NCBI GenBank assembly: GCA_964016885.1
Contig: OZ024740.1
Span: forward strand, 176,452,001 to 176,516,000
Origin: Eledone cirrhosa
Taxonomy: Eukaryota
Reading direction: 5' to 3'
Length of the DNA stretch: 64,000 bases
A program made the translations under genes and the position numbers. This document shows positions 30,225-44,307 of the stretch, one piece after another (within the stretch, counting starts at the first letter, position 1; every line of letters starts with the position of its first letter). The notes below the pieces were generated by a model. The model ran no database searches and was not told where the DNA came from. It saw only the letters and a program-made list of their open reading frames with translations.

Positions 30225-30805
30225 GTCAGGTCACCAGTTGGTGCTACTGGTAACATGTATCCCAGTACAACCTGTCTCATGGTCGAGTCGTTGGCGACTA
30301 AACTGGCAACCCCACCAAAGTTTCTTGGTGAGGAGGGTGACTTTGGACATCCTGCAGGACTAAAAACAAAACCTGTCAAAGGGCAAAGGAGCTCTTAAGA
30401 GTCAATGGCCATCCAAAATCACCGGGAGAGATGACCCCTTTGCCTTTGTCAAGGCAGAATTCTAGGCGAAGGAAGACTCTGATATAGCACCTGCAACCCT
30501 GATGGTATCCAATGATGTTGACTTGTTCTTCTTTTTGGTAAATATCATCTTGATTAAGAGAGTGGGACTGGCTTTATGCAGTGCCTTTGCTCACTATAAA
30601 AGCTTCACGGCACAGGCATTGCTTTATATCTGAAGATCTCTCTGCACTTGTCGTCACATCAATAATTGTCACAAGTGTAGTGTTTGTACCAGAGTTTTCA
30701 AGTCGCTGGCTGGACTAAAAAGTCACACTCGTTCAGCGCATTTGTAGGGTTCTCCTACATGGATATAAAGTAGTGGCGTACTCGAATACGAGTTGGCAGC
30801 CATCA
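30225..30805. mobile_element. Non-coding element inserted in (TATG)n; partial second copy at 32378-32662
   Basis: Both copies end ...cgagttggcagcca(t/c)catgtatgtatg. Confidence 0.65.
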
Positions 30806-30829
30806 TGTATGTATGTATGTTTGTATGTT

Positions 30830-32080
30830 ATCTCTTTCTCTTAATTTCGAGTATATTCTTTTGACCGGCCACCTTCCTGGTGGCAAGGTTGTAAAAGAAA
30901 AGAAATTGTCATCCATTTAATCACAAGAATGTTTTGCAAATCTTGAAGGTGCCAGCTATCGCAACCATTTGCAGACTATGAATTAGGGAGCTGCTCTTTG
31001 TCCGCAAATCCTAGTTCAGTCATACTTTGATCCAAGCGGGTTGGTATATAACTCGTAGCTCCAATAATGATGTGTATGAAGCTAAAGGTGTATCTTGGAT
31101 ACTGGATTTGTAAACTCCTCATCAATGGCCCGTAGATGTTCTCCTTCTCCTGTATTTTTCTGACAACGTTTACATCAAGTGGGCAGCTGATCTCCACAAC
31201 AGAACACGTTCTCAATGTGTGGTCCCAAACTACAATATCAGGCCGGTTGTGCTTTAATTTGGTGGCAGTTTTTATTTTCAGGTTCCACCAGTATTCCTTA
31301 GTGCCATCTGTCTCAATATATTCTTCCTCGTTTGTTAATTTTGTTTTCCCAAGTGCGTTCCAGATGGTTCTAGCTATCCCATCGTGTCTCATGGGGTGGT
31401 AGTAGCGAGATGACATTCTTTCGCAGCTGGCAACAATGTGGCTTACATCCTCGATCTTTGTTTTACATAGCCTACATTTATTGTCAGCTGATGTCATAAA
31501 CTTGTCGGAACTCCATGCCAGGCTTTTTGAGTGGTTTATCCCCTCATCGTCTGTGTTTTACGTCTCAAGTATCCATGCACAACTTATTCTGTAAATTGGT
31601 CAATTTTCTCATCTTGTTTGAACATTGAATAGGATCTTCCGATTTCTCTGGTGAGAGATTTATATCAGGCTTTATTCCATATCTCTCCTCCAGATCAGTG
31701 TCTATTCAAATGATATATTTTTTTCATGCTCATACACCTGGGCAAGATGGTTGTCAACCTTTTTCCTCTGTTGAAGATGTTGCTTAAGTGTTACTATCCG
31801 GGTCTCATATGATGTTAATATGGATTTTAGACCCCGGCCACCTTCCTTGCGTGAGAAGTATAGCCTATCCACATCACCATTGATGTTAAAATTCCCAGTA
31901 ACACTGAGAAGTTTTCGAATTCTAACATCCATCTCACTTAGTTCTTGCAATGACCAGTTCAGCAGGCCAAATGTTGGCGTTAGAATTGGCACAGCATAAG
32001 TATTGTGGGCAATGTATTTGTTGTACGCTGACAGTTCTGATGACCATATTTTCTTTACTCTTCTGAGGTATTCAGTTCTG
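30830..32080 (-). mobile_element. 5'-truncated R4/Dong-like non-LTR retrotransposon (CCHC knuckle + restriction-like endonuclease) in (TATG)n
   Basis: EYLRRVRKIWSSEL; DVDRLYFSRKEGGRGL; CRLCKTKIEDVSHIVASC..RHDGIA; NRPDIVVWD..VVEISCP. Confidence 0.88.
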
Positions 32081-32728
32081 AATGTATGTATCTATGTATG
32101 TATGTATGTATGTATGTTTGTATGTATGTATGTATGTATGTATGTTCTGGTTTTATAATTTCATAATTGTTTTCCCAATAGAGAGAGAGTCGGTTTCTAA
32201 CATAGATACAAGATTCTCTGATTGGAATTTACACAACATCAACTAGGTAGATTATGTATGCATGTGTAGATATGGATGTTATTGTATGTGTGGATGTTGA
32301 TGTTTTGAGTTGTATGTGTGCATGTGTATATGCTTTGTATCTGTACATGTGTATATGCAGTTATTAGATGCAACATTTTTGGTTAAGAGAGTGGGGCTGG
32401 CTTTGTGCAGTGCCTTTGCTCACTATAAAACCTTCACGGCACAGGCATTGCTTTATATCTGGAGATCTCTTTGCACTTGTCGTCACATGGTACCATGGGC
32501 CCAGCACTATGTGTCAATAATTGTCACAAGTGTAGTGTTTGTACCAGAGTTTTCAAGTCGCTGGCTGGACTAAAAAGTCACACTCGTTCAGCGCATCGGT
32601 AGGGGTTCTCCTACATGGATATAAAGTAGTGGCCGTACTCGAAAACGAGTTGGCAGCCACCATGTATGTATGTATGTATGTATGTATGTATGTATGTATG
32701 TATGTATGTATGTATGTATGTATGTATG

Positions 32729-32788
<60 letters not shown>

Positions 32789-32917
32789 TTAGAAACTTAT
32801 ACATACATTAGTATGTTTTCCTTCTATTGTTTCACATTCATCAATTAACATGCAACACGCGCATCTCTATATATTCTGCGTGTGTATATATGTATATATG
32901 TACGTACAGACACATAG

Positions 32918-32960
<43 letters not shown>

Positions 32961-35281
32961 ACGAAGGAAATGTGGTAAGAACCAGATGGACCATAACGCA
33001 CCAGACTATTCAATACTTAGGGTAGTAGAGTTTGTAATAGGAAGAAGCATGACCCCGACGGCAGAGCTCAAGCCGTTTTGACGGCTATTTCTGAGTCCAG
33101 AAATAGCCGTTGCATGTATATGTATATATATATACACATACATATATGCATATATATATATATATACATTTTCATATATTTACATTTATAATATATGTAT
33201 GAAATATATATATACAGATATATTCATATACGCACAGATATATATGAATATATGTGTGTGTATATATATGTGTATTATATACATATATATAATACATATA
33301 TACATATATATATAGTCCATATTAACACTTGTTTTATTTTTTTCTTACTCTTTGTGAATAATTTATGTGTAGATTTAAGACATTATACATGCATGACTCC
33401 CCAGTGTGAGGTGGCTGTTTACCAATTCAACATATAAGATTGTGCATTGGGAGTATACACCATAGGTGGGCAGTAAAATAGACAGCCAACACTTGCCTGC
33501 TGATGATTGTATGCTAATATTTTATGGGTGACTGACTGATAGACAGCGAATGGTCGGTAATCCGGTAGTACCAACATGACACCTGCTGTATTATAAAGAC
33601 ATTCTTCCGTCTACACGATAGGTTTTGTTGTCTTTCCCTTTTGCTGTGCGCGCGCGTAGGCGTTTGTGTGTAAGCGTTCATGTGTGTATGTGAGCTAGTG
33701 TGTGTGCGTGTTTGTGCATGTTGTGTGAATGAATGTATGTGTGCGTGTTTATATGGCGAGGTGGGCGTGTGGATGTCGAGTGGGATGTGTGTATATAACA
33801 ACTGATCGAAAGATAGGAAGATTGAGTGAGATAGAGAGATAACAATATTGAAGAATAGGATATGTTCATAGGCACAGACTTGTTTATATTTACAGTCATC
33901 TTCGGCAACAAATCCAGACTTCATTGCACAACAAAATCGATGATCAGAAACTGTCGAATTATCGGCCGCTTTTCAATAGATTTGACGTCGAACTTGTTAC
34001 GGTGGAAACTTCCAGCGTTCTTGGTGCCCGGACCAACTTCGTACTCAGTTCTGTCGAGATGGAATTGGCGAGTCGCGGGGGTGATCCCCATGAGTCTTCT
34101 GGGGCCACTAGGCGAGCAGCATCTAAGGTCTTGCATGCAAGAGAGCTCCCCACTTCACCGTTCAGGTCCGTATTATTGAGATAGCGATTTTTGAGTACAC
34201 ATTTGGAATTACACACCACAGTATATAAACATTAATACGCCACTTTATATGAAAGAAAACCATAGACGTGTATTAGCTGAGAAGTATACCAATGAATCGA
34301 AGGCTAAAGGTTTCGTGCTTCAAGTAAAAAGATCTCATCCATCGAGTCAGTGGTATAGTTTCACAGAAATAATAAATCGCCAAAAAGGGGGAAAGCAAAA
34401 GTTGCTTGCTTAAACATCTAATCGGTGTTGTCATGATTATATGGTTAAGAAGTTCGCTTCCAAACCTCTTGGTTTTTATTTCAGTGCCCTTACGTGAAAC
34501 CAAGCATAATTGTCTTTCGACTAATGGAGATAAATGCGGAAAAAATCCGCATTAAAATTGAATGCACACCGATTGTGTATGTAAACGTGCCACACAAGAC
34601 GCCAGAAGCAGAGAAAAAATTGACTTTCCGTGATGAAATACGGAGCGAAGAGATTATGCTCTCTGCCCCACCGTGCTACCAGCTGAAAGTCCAAATCAAT
34701 GGCCAGATGACAGGTAATTTAGCTAAGTTAGATACAGTGATGATGTGTGCGAAGTTGGGAGTTGTGGAATAGGATATATTAACTGTGTTTCTATTAAAAT
34801 TCTTGTGATATTTATGTGCTAATGGCAACTGCTTCCTAATTAAAGTAAAGAAAGCTTTCCATATTATATGGTGACTTATATCATATGATGCGTCTAGATA
34901 TATATTTCTTAGATTTTTGCTCGTACTTAGTGTATTCTCCGATCTAGAGCTTCATCGTAATATGTGATATAATAGGTGAAGACACTCTCGTTAGCTGATA
35001 AACGAAAAATATATATGAATATATATGCGTATTTATGTATATGCATATATATGAGAGTACATGTATGTGTATATGTATGAGTACATGTATGTGTATATAT
35101 GAGAGTACATGTATGTGCATATGGACATGCATATGCGCTTGCATGTGTGCGATTATATGTATATATGTGTGCATAATTTTGAAGCAATATATTTTCGTTA
35201 ACGCATGCAATTCACACCGGTCAGAGCACACTTATATATGAGCCTAAATTACTATTAATGTTTTCATTATTATCAGAAACC

Positions 35282-35470
35282 AGGGTGGTGGATTGGCAGT
35301 ATCGGTAGAGGGTCGGACGTCATGCTTTCCAGCATAGTTACGTCCCTTTACGATCTGAGTTCAAATCCCGCCGAGGTTGACTTTGCCTTTCATCCTTACG
35401 GGGTCGATAAAATAAAGTACCAGTAATACACTGGTATAATTGCTGGCCTTGTGCCAAAAACTAGAAAGAA
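35282..35470 (+). mobile_element. SINE copy
   Basis: Consensus match, (ATT)n tail. Confidence 0.85.
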
Positions 35471-35854
35471 TTATTATTATTATTCTCACTAATATTAATA
35501 CCTTCAGTATTTTCATGTTTAATTCTATTGCTACTATTAATATCATTTTCCATGGAAGCTGGAAATTATGCGTCTATTCTAAATAATTCCCATAATAATT
35601 TTCGTAACAAGAATTTGTTCATCCCGTTTCAGATAATGACATAATTCTCCTTGCATACATTTCTTTTATCTCAAGAGAACGTCCTCACGCACTAGCTTTA
35701 TGCCTTCCCGTTTTCTAAAGGCAATATATGGTCTTATTTCTTTTTTGAAATATTTACTTCTGTGTCATCAGATTGATTTGCCACAGTTTCAGATGATTAC
35801 GTTTAGGGTGAAAGCAGAAATTCACAGCTTAAACTTTTAATCTGTACTTATAAT

Positions 35855-35934
<80 letters not shown>

Positions 35935-36427
35935 TTATATATATATATACATACATATATATGTATATATATACATAAATACATATATAAATATGTGTGT
36001 GTGTGTGTCTATGTGTGTGCCTATGTGTGTCTGCGCGCGCGTCTGTGTGTGTGTGCGTGCGTGTGTGTACGTACTTCCTCTCGTTTATCGATGAACTGCA
36101 GTGCTGCTTGTCTATACAAATTGATAGCTTCATGAAAGATATATTAATTACATCTCAAAGCTGACCTAACTTGACATTCATCAAGCAGCAGCAAGCCAGT
36201 TAGACAGCAAGCCACCCCCACCTATCAACAAGCCACCCCACTTATCAACCAGCCAAACCCGCCAGGCAGCCAAACTGAAGTCCTTTCACTCTCCACAGTA
36301 ATCCAATATACACTGCACTCGGCGTATTTAGTAGTTTGCTACTACTACCACAACTGACTTACTCTCCCACTCTAACACTGATTATGTATTAATCACTTTC
36401 ATTGCTTGCTTACTACTTTTAGATAGT

Positions 36428-36700
36428 GAAGGCACGTGGATGAGTGATTAGGGTTTCGGTCCACGATTTCAATTCTCAGCAACATATTGTGTCCTTGAAC
36501 AAGACAATTTATTTCACGTTACCACAGTCCAAATATCTTGCAAAGAATGCGCCGTTTCTGTAATTCAAAGAGCCAGTGTTTCATTGTGTGTCTCGCTGAA
36601 TCTTCCTGGTGCATCTTAATTCTACCAACATGATGTTCCGTTGTTCGAATAAGTGGTTTACTCATCTTTGGAACTGACGTGGGTCCAACACACTGTGCTT
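36428..36700 (+). mobile_element. Old CORE-like SINE remnant
   Basis: ttgtgtccttgaacaagacaatttatttcac resembles the CORE motif. Confidence 0.45.
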
Positions 36701-37365
36701 TCCTTTCAACTTGTCATTTTCTGTTTTATCTCTTTTATTAACAGACTTCTCTGAAACTCCGACTACTTCTTTTTCTCTTCTTCAATACAGATTTTCTTAT
36801 TTTCTGATACTAAACAATTTTACTTCATATTAAAATTATATTGTTTCCTTAAATATATATTCGTTCTGACTTTCTAAAGTGTAAACCCTATTATGTTCCA
36901 TCCTTCAGTAGCACTATGTCTGTCTCTCTGTTTCTGTCTGTCTGTCTGTGTCTGCCTGTCTTTTTTACTCTTTCTCTATCTCTCTCATTCTCTTTTTTTC
37001 TCATCTATCTAGCTATATGTTCATGCGGAGGAAAATGCATATGTGTAACAACCAGTATAATAGCATGAGAATGAAGATGGAGTGTTCAACAAAGAAACAG
37101 CCATCTAGTTATTAAACCAACCAAATAGAGATTTGTAATAGATTGAAGTGAAAACCCAGGGGTGCTTGTGTTTTTATTGGTAGCATGACCTTCCCAAAGT
37201 ATAAATATAAATAATATATATATATGTATATAAAGTAATAAGATACACACACAAATACATAAATATATAAATATATAAATATATGTGTGTGTGAAGTCCC
37301 GCTTTGACCTGTCTTGCTCAATGACAGAACAAATTAAAATAACCATTTAATCAGAGCTATTTATC

Positions 37366-37457
37366 AAATTATAAATGTGAGGAAAGAATAGACTAAGAAT
37401 TACCTACTTTTTCATCAAAGTCCCTACAATAGGGACTATTCCTTCCTCGCATTTATA

Positions 37458-37462
<5 letters not shown>
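37366..37462. repeat. Short fold-back ending in (TA)n
   Basis: aaattataaatgtgaggaaagaatag ... ctattccttcctcgcatttataattt. Confidence 0.7.
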
Positions 37463-37508
<46 letters not shown>

Positions 37509-37572
37509 TATATATAATATATAAGATCAAAAGATGGTTAAAAGAGTTCCATGTACTACAATAAAACTCACC

Positions 37573-37630
<58 letters not shown>

Positions 37631-37759
37631 TTAATTATGGTTTCACAAAGTCAGACGAATCTAACAGAGGCGTCTGAATACGTTTATCAGATATAAATCT
37701 TAGCTCTGTACTACACATAGAGCACTCTTCTTTCCTTTGCCTTTTCCAAGGAAATACTT

Positions 37760-37814
<55 letters not shown>

Positions 37815-37822
<8 letters not shown>

Positions 37823-38330
37823 TAAAATTGGTTCTCTGAAATAGCGATATATATATGAATGTATATATAGCGTATTTTGCAATACATTGTATGCTTAATT
37901 AAAAGCATTTTGAAGACCTTATGCTATTGATTTAAAGTAGTGACTACGTCACTTACTTCTTTTTTCAGCAAACAAAGGGAGATAAGCTGATAGATCTCTG
38001 TTTCGTACTGTTGGTACTCCTTAGAGCTTAGCACTCCCTTTGCCTGCTGAAAATTATGAATGTTGGATTCTTATAGAATTCCAGTAATATTAAGAATCCA
38101 ACAATCCAATAAGAATCCAACATTCATAATTTCCAGCAGGCAAAGGGAGTGCTAAGCTCTGAGGAGTACCAACAGAACGAAACAGAGATATGTCAGCTTA
38201 TCTCCCTTTGTTTTCTGAAAAAAGAAGTAAGTGACATAGTCACTACTTTAAAACAATAGCGTAAGGTCTTCAAAATGCTTTTAATTAAGCATACAGTGTA
38301 TTGCAAAATACACTATATATACATTCATAT
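37815..38330. mobile_element. Fold-back element with HHR (38153-38200 +, 37983-38030 -); single copy at 49480-49735
   Basis: taagct-CTGAGGA-gtac caaca g(a/t)ac-GAAA-ca gagata tg-TC-agctta. Confidence 0.82.
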
Positions 38331-38360
38331 ATATATATATATGTATATGTATATGTATAT

Positions 38361-38416
<56 letters not shown>

Positions 38417-38919
38417 ACCTAAGTTTTCCTTCACTCATATATCCTTTTTTTTTTTTTTACTTTTGCTTTAACCGAGAGTATTATTCATGGGTGGGCTGTA
38501 CAAAATCAATTGAGGACAATGACATAGTTTCTGAAATACATAACACCTTAAAATTTTAAACTAACGACGTGTCTTACACCAGCTAGATATGACCCACCCC
38601 CCGGCACACCCTTCTTTAATGAGGAATGAATGAAGATCTTTCTTTTTGTTGTGTTTCTTTTCATTTTCATTTTGATTAGTTTCGTTTTGTATTTTCCTTT
38701 TTATTGATAAACGTAATATTCACCCTAAACATCTTTTATTTGCCAGTCTCGGCATTATTGATTTCGGTTTTCCTCACTATCACATATAGACAAAAGGGTA
38801 GCGGATGTTTCGATTTTACAAGCTAGGTGTGGAAAATGTGCTTGCCAGGTGTTGTAGGGTGTTGAGCAAACTACCTGGGCAAATGTTAGCTGTTCGTATT
38901 CCTCTGATGACCTGGATAG

Positions 38920-39990
38920 GCGTATTCTGTTATACCCACGGTAAGGCTTTTGCTATTTTGTCCGTGAGGCGCAGTCAAGATACCACTCAGACTGGGGTGT
39001 AGTGTCACAGCTTCATTATATTTTCTAATTCTCCTTAAAACTAATATACACGTCAGCGACAACACAAATGATAGTAACAACAAAAATAACAAGACCAACC
39101 ATAACGCCATCAACGGCTACAACAACCCCAGCAATGACAGGAGGAACGACGGCCACAAGATGAACAACATCCCCCAGCAACAGGAAAGTAACAACAATAA
39201 CAACAAAAACAGCACATTAGCAGCTGAGGTTGCAAAAGCGAGACAATTCTTTCAGACAAGAAGGAACGTTTAGCCCAAGCATAGAAACTTATTAAGAGAG
39301 AAAAATACTGGGCCAATCAAATCGTCCCGGCCGAAGCAATGGCAGCAACGCAAAGAAGGAGACTAATTTAGAGATGCATATCACTGCAAATCCGTGAAGC
39401 GGAAATGCTCCCCCCCCCCCAATCTCAAGTGGAGGCAGCACTGAAATGCATCAGAGAAGACGTGGAGTATATGGGAAGGGCCAGACAATTCGTCACCCTC
39501 TCGGTGCTGTTCAAAAGCGAGGCCCTTGCTGTAAAACATTCGGTGGCCCCTCTAAAATGGACCACACTATCATATACCCGTGCCACATGGAGAGAAGAGC
39601 AATGAAAGTCGGCATTCCCATGACGTCATATTGGGGTGACCAGGTTGAAAGGACTGAAGACAGACAATTTTCTTTTCAGAATATCTCCCATCAATATTTT
39701 CAAGTTTCACTTGGAAAGGAAGAAGAGTCTAGAAAGAGAAGTGCTACCACCCAGTACATTTACTAAAAGGTGGGTGAATGTGGAAAGAATGGCTCGTGTC
39801 AATGGTCCTATTCTGACATGAGCCTGTAGGCGGGTTGATTTGAGAAGAGAGGTTCCCTTCCCGGGTTTACACGTTGATATATGTAAAACCCCCACTGTCC
39901 CTGTTTTTGCATTATCCTTTATTTGTACGCTCTAATAGCCAATAAAGAAATTATTTTATTTTTATTATCAATATTATTATTATCAATAAT
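38920..39990 (+). mobile_element. Internally deleted Tx1/L1 copy (ORF1-like start joined to ORF2 C-terminus)
   Basis: 39636-39821 TRLKGLKTDNF..FKFHLERK matches the C-terminus at 43585-43806; aataaagaaa followed by an ATT-rich tail. Confidence 0.7.
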
Positions 39991-40706
39991 AACAGTATCA
40001 TTATGCACATGTATGAAGACGCACAAGTCTGAGGGGGAAAAGGTTCGTAACTTTAAGCTGTTTTAAAGTATCATTTTTTGTATTTTCTTGTCGTTAACGA
40101 AGCATAAGGTACCCAGCTTGGTTCCAAGGGAGGGAGACCTCTCAATGTTCGGGCTTTAAGCCCGAATATTCAGATTTATTTTTAAAAACTTAGAAAACGC
40201 AAATCCCAGAAACGCAAACAACCTAAACAAACACAAGTACAAATAAACACACAAATACCTGAAATTGCAGACACCACACCTACAACAAACGCAGACATAT
40301 CCGAAACAACAACACCAAAACCATCACCACCACAGTCACCAAAACGAAAACAAATAAAACCACACCAACAAAATGTTAAAAACTTCGTGCTTGTTAGAAG
40401 GGCCAACGATAAACTGATGGCCCTCTTAGCACGAAGCGAGGACATTCAAACAGAGGGGGAGATCTTTGAAATGAGCATATTTTGCGTGCCAAAAGGTTTG
40501 CTTCTGGTCCGAATGTCATTCGATTCCTTCAAAGAAATTCGGGAAAGCTTTCCTCAAGACGTGGGAACCCCGAATGTGAAACCCACATCGAGACTTTTAA
40601 AGGGGTTCCTAAAAGAAACCCCACCAACCATGGAGGTCGAACCACCCGACCTCCACAAGACCCCGGGAGGTAAGTAAACCTTCCCTCTCTCTTTTAGCTT
40701 GCCAAC

Positions 40707-41557
40707 ATGGCCATATTAAGAGTAGGAAGTTTAAATGTTCATGGTCTGGGGTCATCCTGGAAGCAGGGTCGCCTGCTCAACGACCTCAGGTCGCTGGAAA
40801 TGGATGTGATTGCCGTCAGCGAGACCAGAATTTCCGACACGCGCGCACTATACCCCATTTTCGACGACTGTCAGATCTTCGCATCTGTTAGCAGGCCGGG
40901 AATGGGAGGTGGGGTGGCAGTGCTGTTTAGGAAAGGACTGGATCTCGAGGTAAGGTCGATCTTCCGGGACCCAGGCGGTAAGTTGGTGGTCTTGGATGTG
41001 AGCAGTAGCGAAGGTGGTGCCATTAGACTGCTGGCCGTCTACGCCCCTACAGGGGCCGGACGACCGGACTTCTGTAGGCGCCTGGAGACCTTTCTGGGTA
41101 CGTCTCGCCCTTTATTGTTAGCGGGGGACTGCAATGGCATCTTAGACGCACGCTGGGATTGTGTGGGAGTAGCTGATAGGAGCGGGGGGTGCAAGCACCT
41201 ACTCAGCCAGTTCCAACTGATAGGTATCGACTAGATTTTCCCAATGCGCCAGTATGGACGTGGACCAACCGAATGGGGTCATCTATATCGTATATAGACA
41301 GGATCTTCATTAGGAAAATAGATAGAAATAGTGTAGGCTGCCCACTTTTTAAAACGGTCGCCTATTCAGATCACAAATTTGTGATCTGTATGGTCGTCTT
41401 AGATAAAACGCGTAGGTTGGGACCGGGTTACTGGAATCTGAACATATCATTTCCGGCACGTAAGACTTACAGGGACCGAGTCAACAAATTAGTTAAGCAA
41501 AAGTTGACAGGGGGATCATCAACAACAGATAGTGGGGGTTCTCAAAAGAGAAATTAG
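40707..41557 (+). pseudogene. APE endonuclease domain of Tx1 ORF2 (frameshift at ~41220)
   Basis: GSLNVHGL..SET..GGGVAVL..VYAP..GDCN..SYIDRIF..SDHK..GYWNLN. Confidence 0.92.
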
Positions 41558-41785
41558 AGTAACATCAATAGAGTTCAGCAAAGAACTAGCGTTAGAGAAA
41601 AATAGAAAGGAGGGGGAGCTGGTAGATAAGTTAGACGACGCTATTTGTGGTGGCATTGCAACTGACGTGCCAGCGGCGAGAATGGCATTAGGCCATTTCT
41701 TAAATGCGAAACACGAAAGTTGCATTGTCAGAGCTAAGCGCGTGCGCTGAGAAACGAGGGAACCAAAGCTGTTCGATGCGCCCGC

Positions 41786-43276
41786 GTGGCGGAGGCGCAG
41801 CGTGGTAATAAAATCACAATTCGGTCGTTGGTGGACCGAGCCGGACACGTGATAAGCGATTCCAAGCGGATGTGTGAAGCCTTTCGCCAGCACTTTACTC
41901 GGTTCGGGGAGAGTGGCGAGTCAGAGAGAGTAGCGTATTTCAGTCCCTACCTTGACGGCTTGCCGCGCATCTCCACGGTTGATGCTGAGCGCTGCAAAAG
42001 GCCGATTACTTCAGCCGAAATTCAGGACGCCCTTGTCGGCTGCATGAGGCGCAAGTCACACGGTTTGGATGGCCTGCCCTACGAGCTTTACGTAAATATG
42101 CCAGTCTTGTTCTCCGATCTCCTCGAAGCACTCTACTGCAACTGGCAGCAGAATGGGAGTATTCCCAGTTCTGTGAGCAGGGGAGTTGTGACGCTGATAA
42201 GGAAAGACGAGAACAAGAGGGATACATTAGACAACTTCAGGCCCATAACTCTGCTCAACACAGAGTTTAAAATTTTGGCCAAGGTGTTAGCAAAGAGTTT
42301 GGCGCTTGTCGTCGAGGATTTGGCTGGGGAGGCGCAAACTTGTGCAATCCCAGTCAGGTCCATACACGACAATCTCCACCTCATGCGATACATCATAGAG
42401 AGGGTAGGGTGTAAACCTGGCTTCGGTGGGGCACTGATCAATTTAGATCAATCGAAAGCATTCGATAGGGTCGACCATCGGTATCTGGAGTTTGTCCTCA
42501 GAGCAGCTGGCTTCGGCCCTGTCTTCAGAAGCTGGATTGTTGCAATGCACAGCGGCACACGCTCGGTGGTCAAGGTTAATGGCCACCTCTCAGAACCATT
42601 TCGGCTATACCGATCGGTCCGTCAAGGGTGCTATCTCTATTCCCTTCTGTACGTATTGACTCTCGAGCCTTTACTGCCGAAGCTGGAGTTGTTGCAGTGC
42701 ATCCCGCTCGAACCGGGACGTGGAAAGGGAGTGTCGGCTTATGCGGACGACATCACCGTGATGGCGTCGGACACCTCAGAAATCGAGGTGGTCGGCACCT
42801 TATTGAAGGAATATGAAAGGTCGACAGGAGCCAAACTTAACCCGGAAAAGTCGGTGGGCTTGCAGCTCGGAACCTGGAGAGGCAAGCCTATGCCGTCCAA
42901 CAGCGACGTTGGGCGCTGGACGGACGGACCGGTAAAGTTGCTCGGGATTTGCTTCGGACCAGACCTCCAGGTTGAAAAGAATTGGGACGAGGTAACGAGC
43001 AAAGTAGCCAGTCTCACCCAAAAATGGGCTGGGAGGAAGCTATCACTGAAAGGTCGCGCGGAGGTGGAGAATGCGTGCATCGCGTCCGTCATCTACTACT
43101 GCCTGACCGTCGTGCCTTGCCCTCGTCCGCGCCTCGTCAAGTTGGAACGGCTCCTCAAATTCTTGTGGAGGGGACAAGTTCCGTTGGTGAGGCGGTCCAT
43201 CTGCTGCCAGCACCCTCTACGCGGAGGGTTGGGCATGCCGTGGCTAATTATGCGCAGACATGCGTTGACGCTGTGA
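41786..43276 (+). pseudogene. RT domain of Tx1 ORF2
   Basis: GLDGLPYE; NFRPITLLNTEFKILAK; LDQSKAFDRVDH; VRQGC; YADDIT. Confidence 0.95.
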
Positions 43277-44103
43277 CATCTCCAGATATTCTGCCTAAAT
43301 GGTGAACAGGTGTGGTCGCCGTTTATCAGACGGGCCTTTTCGCAGATCGTTTCTTTGACTGAACTGCAGTCCTGGGTCAAGAAGAGACCGAGACTGGGTG
43401 ACTGGCACCTGGAATGTTGCCGTTCTGCACGCATTTGTCCAATGTCCGTGCATTACTGACTTGTGGAGTTATGTCGAACAGCTACTGTTGCGTGTGGAAC
43501 GAATCCGGCTATCGGCCGAGTCCATAGTGAAGATCGACCCGCCGTCTTCCTTAGGTCACGAAGAGCAGGAAATTTTCCTGTCTGATGGCAGTTGCGAAAG
43601 AGGTTATATGGTGGACCAGATTAAAAGAACGGAATACAGACACTTTTCTCTTCGGCCAATCCCTCATCAACTTCTTCAAGTTTCACCTGGAAAGGAAGGT
43701 GAGGGTGGAGAGAGAAGTGCTGCCCCCCAGTACATTTGCTGAAAGGTGGATGAATGTGACGAGAATGGCCCGTGTGAATGGGCCTACTCTGACCATGCGC
43801 CTATAGGCTAGCTAACTTGAGGAGAGGGGTGCTCTCCCTGGGTGCCCTAGAAGCGCAGGGTGGTTCAGGATTGGTGGGGTACTTGACTCACACCAGGGTC
43901 GTCCACCCTCTATCGGGGAATTTATTTTGTTATATTTATGCATATTTTATTTTATATTTTTTATATCTTCATTGTTAAATTAGTCTTGCCATTGTGCACC
44001 TTTACTCGACCTTACTGTAAACCCCCACTGTCCCTGTTTTTGTATTGTCCCCTACATGTCGGCCCTTGTGGCTAATAAATGAAATCATTATTATTATTAT
44101 ACA

Positions 44104-44305
44104 GGGCGGTGAATTGGCAGTATCGGTAGAGGGTTGGACGCCATGCTTTGACGCATAGAGTTACGGCCCTTGCAATTCTGAGTTCAAATCCCGCCGAGGT
44201 TAACTTTGCCTTTCATCCTTATGGGGTCGATAAAATAAAGTACCAGTAATGTACTGGATAATTGCTGGCCTTGTGCCAAAAGTAGAAACAATTATTATTA
44301 TTATT
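44104..44305 (+). mobile_element. SINE inserted in the (ATT)n tail of the Tx1 element
   Basis: Consensus match, with (ATT)n on both sides. Confidence 0.88.
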
Positions 44306-44307
44306 AT

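Larger units (their letters stand above)
40050..44100 (+). mobile_element. Near full-length degenerate Tx1/L1-clade LINE
   Basis: ORF1 remnant, APE endonuclease, RT, C-terminus, then aataaa + (ATT)n. Confidence 0.9.
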
